Shown: in pieces, positions 56,054 through 62,945 of the stretch
Layout: each line of letters opens with the position of its first letter
How positions within the stretch are numbered: position 1 is the stretch's first letter
Source of the DNA: a virus
Lineage: Duplodnaviria > Caudoviricetes
IMG/VR virus record: IMGVR_UViG_3300021255_004000
Coordinates: 195,308-259,307 of that record
Direction: 5' to 3' (one strand)
DNA: 64,000 bases
Program-made: the position numbers and the translations under genes
The notes under the pieces: model-generated
What the model saw: the letters and a program-made list of their open reading frames with translations, nothing else
Database searches by the model: none
What the model was told of the DNA's origin: nothing

Positions 56054-57682
56054 TTATTTCACCTCTATATATTTTTTGTACCAACGATTAAGAAGGTACT
56101 TGCCTGTGTAGAACGCAAACTTTGAGTAAGGCTGTGTATGTAATGCAGCAAATGACAAAATAACTACACACATAATCAACTCTGCCTTTTCTATATTAAC
56201 ATTTTCTTCGCGAAGAATATGTATCAAAATGTTTTCAAACTCAGTGTAAACCAATGAACGATGTACATCAAGTTCATAAGCGTTTTCACCTACACAGTCA
56301 ATCGAGAAGTGCCCATCTTTAATCATATGATCATTGATGTAGAATGAATGCCACAACTTTCCGATGTCATAGTAAATATCACCGACATCTTTCATACTTC
56401 CAAAGTTCTGACGGAAGTCAATCAATGCAAACGAATAGTTGTCAACATTGATAATGTTTTCCATTTGGAAATCACCGTGGAAGTTTTTAGACCAAATTGC
56501 ATCTTTTGACAATTCATCCCAGTCAAGGCTTTTAAGAATGTCACGAGCAGGCTTACATCTCATACCATTGATTAAACAATCTTCGTCTTTGTCTTCAAAC
56601 TTTACAAGATACTGCTGAATGCGGTCCATCGTCTTTTTGTAATAAAAGTTCTTGTAACCTTCAGCTGATGTTTCCTCTGAAACTTTTACAGGAACAATGC
56701 CTTTAAGATATGAACGAACAAGATGCTTGAAAAGTGGCAATGACTTTTCTTCTGACATTACTCTTCCATCAACATACTTATATGTATAAGTGTTATCAGA
56801 GTGAGCAATCAATTTTGGTAAAACGAATGTATCATTTGTTCTGTTTTCAACATTTTCCCATCTTGCAACTCTGTCCTTAATAAAGTTGGAGTCAATGTGG
56901 AACTTTACAACTTTGTCATCGAAAAACCAAATTGCTTCATCAGGCTTTTCAAGAATTGCTCTTCCATCTTTTGAAAACTTTTTCTTTGCGGCTTCCAAAT
57001 CCTTAATGTTACCCGTATCACACCAAGAAGGACAAAGATAAAAATCACTGTTCTTAAGGTTGTTCAAACCTACAGCTTCTCCAGCATTTGTAAACAATTC
57101 AGGATTCTTGTCATAAGCAGCAAAGAAGTCTTCCCAGTCCTTTACATAAGCAATACCAATGTATGGATATGCGTGCGGTGTTGGGTCACCTTTTGGCAAT
57201 ACTTCAACAACTTTTCCATCAACGACTTTTAAGTTGCGGTAAGCTTCAGGATTACTTACAGTATCACAAGGATAACCAAGAATTGTGTTTGATGCTGTTG
57301 GGATTTGAGAGATGTCATCATCAATGATTCCATCATTACAGAAAAAGTAAAAAGGCTCCTTAATCAAATCACGAGCTTTGATAATTGAATACCCAGGACC
57401 TGAGCCTTCTCCAGAAAACTTGTCAATTTCAACAAACTGAATGTTCCAATTTGGATAACAAGCTTTAATGACCTGCTTAAGCAAGTCTCCTTTGTAACCT
57501 ACACAAATAATGATTTTATCTGTAGGCTTAAACTTTTCAATGACATATGAAATGACAGGTTTATCACCTACACTCATCTGTCCCTTATTCACTTCAGCAG
57601 TAAATGAACCTAAGCGGCTGCCTGTGCCTGCTGAAGGAATCAATACTGTTCTCGGTGAACTACCTAATGGTCTAACACTCAT
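56054..57682 (-). CDS. sugar nucleotidyltransferase fused to an APH/choline-kinase-like phosphotransferase
   Basis: LIPSAGTGSRLG...NK, WCDTG; C-terminal HGDFQMENI, LIDFR, GDIYYDIGKL. Confidence 0.85.
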   Translation of the reverse strand: MSVRPLGSSPRTVLIPSAGTGSRLGSFTAEVNKGQMSVGDKPVISYVIEKFKPTDKIIICVGYKGDLLKQVIKACYPNWNIQFVEIDKFSGEGSGPGYSIIKARDLIKEPFYFFCNDGIIDDDISQIPTASNTILGYPCDTVSNPEAYRNLKVVDGKVVEVLPKGDPTPHAYPYIGIAYVKDWEDFFAAYDKNPELFTNAGEAVGLNNLKNSDFYLCPSWCDTGNIKDLEAAKKKFSKDGRAILEKPDEAIWFFDDKVVKFHIDSNFIKDRVARWENVENRTNDTFVLPKLIAHSDNTYTYKYVDGRVMSEEKSLPLFKHLVRSYLKGIVPVKVSEETSAEGYKNFYYKKTMDRIQQYLVKFEDKDEDCLINGMRCKPARDILKSLDWDELSKDAIWSKNFHGDFQMENIINVDNYSFALIDFRQNFGSMKDVGDIYYDIGKLWHSFYINDHMIKDGHFSIDCVGENAYELDVHRSLVYTEFENILIHILREENVNIEKAELIMCVVILSFAALHTQPYSKFAFYTGKYLLNRWYKKYIEVK

Positions 57683-57712
57683 AGAACCTCCGTACGAATT
57701 ATATTAACAATA

Positions 57713-58114
57713 TTACAAATAATCTACAGTTGCATCTTGGAAAATGTTTGGGTTTGCACGAGTCAAAATATCAGCTGTCTCTTCAGTACAACGGATAACT
57801 AATGCTTCCTGTTTTTTAATTGCAATGTCAATCTGACTTCTGATAAAGTTACAATAATGTGGTAAGTCTCCAAAGTACTGAACTTCTTCAAGGTCAACAT
57901 ACATTGTTTCAACATTTGGGTCGTGTTCCTTGTATGTTATATTTGGAGATCGCCAAGATTCAACGACTTTTCCATAATCGTCATCTTTATTACTTTTCAG
58001 AGACTTGACTTCATTAAAAGCTTCGTCTCCAAAAAGCTGTTTCATAATTGCAATGTCTTCGTCAGTACAACCACTTTCTCTTAATTGGTCTTCTGCACTA
58101 AGATATGTACTCAT
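57713..58114 (-). CDS. hypothetical protein
   Basis: 133 aa; overlaps the end of the HAD gene. Confidence 0.55.
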   Translation of the reverse strand: MSTYLSAEDQLRESGCTDEDIAIMKQLFGDEAFNEVKSLKSNKDDDYGKVVESWRSPNITYKEHDPNVETMYVDLEEVQYFGDLPHYCNFIRSQIDIAIKKQEALVIRCTEETADILTRANPNIFQDATVDYL

Positions 58115-58613
58115 ACATCAAGTCCTCTTTTGATTTATTAGTGAACTTTGACATAACCTCAAGAATACAATCTGCAAAACCGCCGTCACCGCCATTCATT
58201 TCTGAAACATAATCAGCTTCAGTTTGTGCAAGATAATGTCCGTTATTTACACAACAACTCATATCTGCTTTGCGGTACACAGGAATATCAACAAATGAAT
58301 CTCCAATGTAAACGACGAAGTTGTTAGGGTCTTTTCTGAAGTTGTCTTCAATCCATTGAGGACGGTCCTTTACTGAAACTTTGTCAACTTCATAGCCCAT
58401 ATCTTTAATGCGCTTTTCAGTTATTGCAAAGCCGTGGAAATCTGATGAACAAAAGTGTACTTCAGCATCAGGAATATTTTTACGCAACATCTTTAAAGAA
58501 TCAGCGTCGTCTCTTCCAAACTTTTTCATACACTTGCCTGTTTCATCATAATAAAATGACCCATCAGTAAGTACGCCGTCAACATCAGAAATTATAATCA
58601 ATTTCTTTTCCAT
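58098..58613 (-). CDS. KdsC/YrbI-family HAD sugar-phosphate phosphatase
   Basis: DVDGVLTDGSFYY, YIGDSFVD, GGDGG; likely start MEKK. Confidence 0.85.
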   Translation of the reverse strand: MEKKLIIISDVDGVLTDGSFYYDETGKCMKKFGRDDADSLKMLRKNIPDAEVHFCSSDFHGFAITEKRIKDMGYEVDKVSVKDRPQWIEDNFRKDPNNFVVYIGDSFVDIPVYRKADMSCCVNNGHYLAQTEADYVSEMNGGDGGFADCILEVMSKFTNKSKEDLMYEYIS

Positions 58614-59173
58614 TACAATGCTCCGAAAATAAACGGCCAAACATCTTGTTCCCAAATTTCTTCAGGTGTTCGACCATTTAAGTGAATAAGTTTTTTGTCC
58701 AAACAAGACATATTGTAAGCTCTTTCAAAAGCTTCAAGTTCCTGACGCTTTTTGTCAATATCAAGAGAGAATGATAAACCATCGCCTCTTTTCTTATCAC
58801 GCTCAATAACTGCTTCAGGTGTATCTGTAAACACAATCAACTTTGTTACTGGGTTGTTGTGACTTACATAATCTTTTTCAAAATCAAAAACGAAGTCACC
58901 ATTGTAATTACGATACATTGGTGAATAAACTGTTTCACCAAGATGAGCGCGGTCAAAAATCAAAACATTTTCATTTGGTACAACTGACATCAGTCTGAAC
59001 ATTTCTCGATAGCGTTTCATTGATGCAATTTTAATTTCTTCATTGCTGTCAAGTTTAATGTTTGAATAATGAACAATGTGAACTGCTTTGTTTCTTTTTT
59101 CCCATTCTTTTTCAATAAGAGCAATCTGCGTTGATTTACCAAGTGCATCAGCCCCCTCAACGATGATATTCAT
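58613..59173 (-). CDS. deoxynucleoside monophosphate (thymidylate-like) kinase
   Basis: IIVEGADALGKST, FDRAHLGETVY; start MNII after GGAGG. Confidence 0.8.
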   Translation of the reverse strand: MNIIVEGADALGKSTQIALIEKEWEKRNKAVHIVHYSNIKLDSNEEIKIASMKRYREMFRLMSVVPNENVLIFDRAHLGETVYSPMYRNYNGDFVFDFEKDYVSHNNPVTKLIVFTDTPEAVIERDKKRGDGLSFSLDIDKKRQELEAFERAYNMSCLDKKLIHLNGRTPEEIWEQDVWPFIFGAL

Positions 59174-59198
59174 TAAAACCTCCATTTTTATATTAACT

Positions 59199-59224
59199 AA
59201 GGCGAGCAATTAAGCTCGCCTTTT
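59199..59224 (-). terminator. terminator (AAGGCGAG family)
   Basis: AAGGCGAGC-AATTAA-GCTCGCCTT. Confidence 0.7.
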
Positions 59225-59244
59225 GTCAACATAAATTGATTTGA

Positions 59245-59757
59245 TTAAAGAGCAGCGGCATTCATAATGTCGTTGTCGAGATTTTCAAATGCTTTTCTGC
59301 GGAACTCAACAATGTCCTTATACTTTTCTTTGTAAAGTTTCATTGCTTTGTTTGTTGCAGCAACCTGTGTTTCATAGAACTCTTTGTCAAGAGCAGCTTG
59401 CTGTGCTTCGATAGCCTGCTTATCAGCAAGTTCCTTTTTAGCGCCTTCACATTCGCAAGACAACTGCATATTGTCAATGTCGCCTTTAACGATTGCAAGT
59501 TTGCCACAGTGAGGACAGTAAACATTTTCTGCGTGAATGTTGAAAACATCCTGCTTCATTTTTGTTACTTCTTCTTTCTGTTCAGGTGAAAGCTGTCTGC
59601 CGTTTATCTGCTTTGCAATTCTGCGATACTCTTCAATCTGTGCTTCCTGATCTTCGTTTACACAAAGAACGAAAGTTGAGTTGTCGCGCTTTGCAATTAC
59701 CTTGCTCAAAATCAATTTCTGAGCAGCTGTCAACTTCTCTTTCTTCTCTTCTGCCAT
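59245..59757 (-). CDS. coiled-coil protein with a zinc-hook/ribbon-like motif
   Basis: CPHC...CEC flanked by helices; start MAEEK. Confidence 0.55.
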   Translation of the reverse strand: MAEEKKEKLTAAQKLILSKVIAKRDNSTFVLCVNEDQEAQIEEYRRIAKQINGRQLSPEQKEEVTKMKQDVFNIHAENVYCPHCGKLAIVKGDIDNMQLSCECEGAKKELADKQAIEAQQAALDKEFYETQVAATNKAMKLYKEKYKDIVEFRRKAFENLDNDIMNAAAL

Positions 59758-59758
59758 T

Positions 59759-60085
59759 TTAAGCTCCCATAAGTTCTTTCTGTTCAGACTCTGCTGACTC
59801 AGGAAGTTCAAAACCAACCAAGTTGGTTTCTTTTGAACGAATTGCTTTCCAACTTGTTTTTGCTGTTACTTCAGCAACAACTGTTTCTTCAGCTTTCTTA
59901 CCAAGCTCTGCATCAATAAAAATGTACTTGTCAAGAATAGCTTTTGTGTTCTTTCTTTTGTTTCCAAATGTCTCACCACTTTCAATAGGTGCCTCAAGAA
60001 CATCACGAATTACTTCATTTGCAGAAGGTACCACTTCATATTTCAAAAGCAAGTTACCTTTGCCATCGTCTTCATACATAACCAT
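59759..60085 (-). CDS. hypothetical protein
   Basis: 108 aa; GAGG RBS. Confidence 0.55.
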   Translation of the reverse strand: MVMYEDDGKGNLLLKYEVVPSANEVIRDVLEAPIESGETFGNKRKNTKAILDKYIFIDAELGKKAEETVVAEVTAKTSWKAIRSKETNLVGFELPESAESEQKELMGA

Positions 60086-60142
60086 TTATATGTACCTCAA
60101 ACAAATTATGATAAAAAGAGGTCAACGACCTCTTGTTGTTTT

Positions 60143-60736
60143 TTACTTTGCCTTATCTCCAGTTGAGCCGAAGCCGCCAGTGCCGCGATTGTTGTACTCA
60201 AAACCTTCCCAAAATTGTTCCTCAGAGATGCCTTCCTCAGGGTCAACAGCAATATCAGTAAAGATGTGAGCTTCCTCAGTTACATAAACACGAGGAACAA
60301 GCTGTGTAATCTTGTCATCTTCGTAAATACGAACATCTTCAGGAGATGCGTTTGTTAATGAAAGATGAATTTCTCCCTGGTAGTTTGGGTCAATTTCACA
60401 AGCACCTACATCAAGACCTTTCTTTGTTGAAACACCTGATTTGTTTTCAACTAACAAGTCCATCTGCAAACCATAAGAAACAAGCGGCATTGGAAGTGAA
60501 AGATATGACTTTACACCTGAAGGAATACAAACACGACTGCCTGCTGGGAAGTCGATATATTCTTTTCCATTTTCATCAACTTTGAAATAACAACCTGCTT
60601 TAGGATTCTTTTCTGCTTCTTTTGCACAAGTAAGTTTGAAAGCTTCATTAAACTTTGGGACAAAGAAATCGAAGCCTGCATTACCGTTTTCTCGATATGG
60701 AGCAGCTACATCACGAGTAAGAAAAAACTTAATCAA
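60143..60736 (-). CDS. dut: trimeric dUTPase
   Basis: AGFDF, KSG, EIDPNYQGEI, RGTGGFGSTG. Confidence 0.9.
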   Translation of the reverse strand: MIKFFLTRDVAAPYRENGNAGFDFFVPKFNEAFKLTCAKEAEKNPKAGCYFKVDENGKEYIDFPAGSRVCIPSGVKSYLSLPMPLVSYGLQMDLLVENKSGVSTKKGLDVGACEIDPNYQGEIHLSLTNASPEDVRIYEDDKITQLVPRVYVTEEAHIFTDIAVDPEEGISEEQFWEGFEYNNRGTGGFGSTGDKAK

Positions 60737-60767
60737 TTAAGTTACCTCCGAAAAATCTGTTTTTATA

Positions 60768-61103
60768 TTAACAGCAAACTGAGAATGTAATTTTTTGCTG
60801 ATCTTTTTCATTGCGAATTATGACATCATATTCAACACCTGGAATGTTTACTTCTGTTTCTGATCTGACAATTACTTTTCCAAGCTTTGCATCAAGACGA
60901 GAGATAAGTGATGGGTCGACAACTTCAATTCTTTCAAAGGCGTGAACGATGTCCATAATAGAAACTTCTTCACTACCTTTATCAATTACAACAGCATTTA
61001 TAAGATCCTGACATAAAACACTTAATGTTGTTATGTCATCGTTGAAGTCTTCTTGTGTTGCTGGGTAATGTTCACCTTTTCTTAAACCATTATCGACTGC
61101 CAT
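60768..61103 (-). CDS. hypothetical protein
   Basis: 111 aa; GTTAATAT motif upstream. Confidence 0.55.
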   Translation of the reverse strand: MAVDNGLRKGEHYPATQEDFNDDITTLSVLCQDLINAVVIDKGSEEVSIMDIVHAFERIEVVDPSLISRLDAKLGKVIVRSETEVNIPGVEYDVIIRNEKDQQKITFSVCC

Positions 61104-61164
61104 AAATCAATATTAACACAAAAGGACGGATTGCTCCGTCCTTATCAATTCCTAATTAAAAATG

Positions 61165-61512
61165 TCAGTCTTTTACATATGCATATATAGGCCTTTTAAC
61201 TACTCGTTCTGAAAGAATTGTTCTTATTTCTCGAATGCGTCTTATGTAAGTATAAATAATTGCGCATTCGTGTGTATGTTTATTTGTTCCTAATTCATCA
61301 ATCAAACCTTGAAGATCTTCCATTATGTTCATCAAAACTGTCTTGCCCCATTCCCAGTCTTTTCTGCACATCGTATAAAAAGTATGTTTATCAAAATGCA
61401 CAAAGGGTTCAACACGCTTATCTTCAAAAATCCAAAACAATAGCGTTATGTAATAACCTAAAAGTCCTTTTGGGATAATGTAAGATGTACCAAGTTCAAT
61501 TCTTTTAACCAT
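61165..61512 (-). CDS. hypothetical protein
   Basis: 115 aa; terminator hairpin at 61120-61143 downstream. Confidence 0.5.
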   Translation of the reverse strand: MVKRIELGTSYIIPKGLLGYYITLLFWIFEDKRVEPFVHFDKHTFYTMCRKDWEWGKTVLMNIMEDLQGLIDELGTNKHTHECAIIYTYIRRIREIRTILSERVVKRPIYAYVKD

Positions 61513-61830
61513 TTACTTCCTCAAGTTTTTCAAAACATTCAACTCGCAATTTATGTCATACAGAATTACTCCGTAAACTTCACGGTCAGCATAGTACTGT
61601 CTTAATTTCCAACTGTCACGAAGTAAAGCTTTTGCAAAATAGTAAGCGTTCACTTCATCGTTTGTATCAAACAAAGTAGCATATTTCAAAAAAGGATTTT
61701 CAATAGTGTCTTCGTAACTCATATTATGTCGTGTCAACTGAGCTGAACACCAAGATGCAATCCTTTTGAATGTCTGTGTAGCCTGTAACACAGCTACCGC
61801 ATTTGCAATATTATAAGACTTGTGTGCCAT
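61513..61830 (-). CDS. early hypothetical protein
   Basis: ATG just after a class E promoter. Confidence 0.55.
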   Translation of the reverse strand: MAHKSYNIANAVAVLQATQTFKRIASWCSAQLTRHNMSYEDTIENPFLKYATLFDTNDEVNAYYFAKALLRDSWKLRQYYADREVYGVILYDINCELNVLKNLRK

Positions 61831-61840
61831 TTACAAAAAT

Positions 61841-61869
61841 AATATAAAAGTAAAATCATCAAAGTTCAA
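61841..61869 (-). promoter_or_regulatory. class E promoter
   Basis: TTGAAC-17bp-TATATT. Confidence 0.8.
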
Positions 61870-61890
61870 TAAATAAATTACACTTTCTTA

Positions 61891-61924
61891 TTATTTATTA
61901 TTGTCCCATATAGCTAAAAAAGTC
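61891..61924 (-). repeat. dispersed conserved element, copy 3
   Basis: Exact 34-bp reverse complement of 19508-19541. Confidence 0.9.
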
Positions 61925-61969
61925 TCGAAAACACTGGAATATTTTGCATAATTTTTTGACTAAATAAGT

Positions 61970-62593
61970 ATGGAACAGATTGATACGGAGGATTACATCA
62001 AGGGACATATTTCCCGCGTAAGAAAACACATAAATACCTTTATTCAACTGTTGATAAGAAGATCTGTAAATCACGACAAGTCAAAGCTTCAAGAACCTGA
62101 ACTTTCTTGGTGGAAACAAATGGACCAAGAACCTCGTTACCCTTACGGCTCTGAGGAATATAAGCAAAAGATTAAAAGATGGGATAGGGTTTTCAAACAT
62201 CATTATCAGTATAATCGTCATCATCCTGAACATTATGAATATGGCGTAAGAGAAATGACTTTGGTTGATATTGTTGAGATGATGTGCGACTGGCTTGGTT
62301 ATAAAGAGGCGATGTCAATTACTGAAGCTTTGAAAGTTTGTGATGAGCAAATGGCAAGATATGATATTTCAGAAGATCTTCGTCAAGTTATTTTTAATAC
62401 ACTTTTAAGATATTATTCTCTTTTGGGTGGGTTCAATCCAGATTATGATGAGAACTCTTATATGAACATTCCAACAGGAATACTTGAAGAACTTGACCCA
62501 TTAACATCTGAGGAAAAAGAAAGAGAAAAGTATGTTTACGGTGGGAGAAGAAGAGATATTAAATCAGGAACTATTATCGACACTTTTGTTTAA
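61970..62593 (+). CDS. HD-like protein (DUF5662-type)
   Basis: H...HDKSK, HHYQYNRHHPEH, EMMCDW. Confidence 0.7.
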   Translation: MEQIDTEDYIKGHISRVRKHINTFIQLLIRRSVNHDKSKLQEPELSWWKQMDQEPRYPYGSEEYKQKIKRWDRVFKHHYQYNRHHPEHYEYGVREMTLVDIVEMMCDWLGYKEAMSITEALKVCDEQMARYDISEDLRQVIFNTLLRYYSLLGGFNPDYDENSYMNIPTGILEELDPLTSEEKEREKYVYGGRRRDIKSGTIIDTFV

Positions 62594-62909
62594 GTCCCCA
62601 AGTTCGGTTTGATGGAATGTTCTTTAAGCCGTTTTCAATTAAAGATTTCATATAAGCTTGTTTGTCAAGTTCATCAGCTACACCAGCGAAAAACTCTGCA
62701 TCTGCACACATTTTGTCAACTGTGCTATTGAAGATCGCTGCTTGTTGTTCAAATGATAAGTCGTCAGGTGAAATGTCATTTGCTTTACAAAAGTTGATAA
62801 TTGGTATTTCTTGATGTTCACCAATAAAATCTGTTGCTTCAAGACATCTTAATGATGTTCCATAACACTCATCTCTAACTTGTTGCAAAAATTGAGCAGA
62901 TACATTCAT
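62574..62909 (-). CDS. hypothetical protein
   Basis: 111 aa; GTTAATATA motif just upstream. Confidence 0.55.
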   Translation of the reverse strand: MNVSAQFLQQVRDECYGTSLRCLEATDFIGEHQEIPIINFCKANDISPDDLSFEQQAAIFNSTVDKMCADAEFFAGVADELDKQAYMKSLIENGLKNIPSNRTWGLKQKCR

Positions 62910-62945
62910 ATTAGTATATTAACTAATTTTTATAAAGAGGACTTT

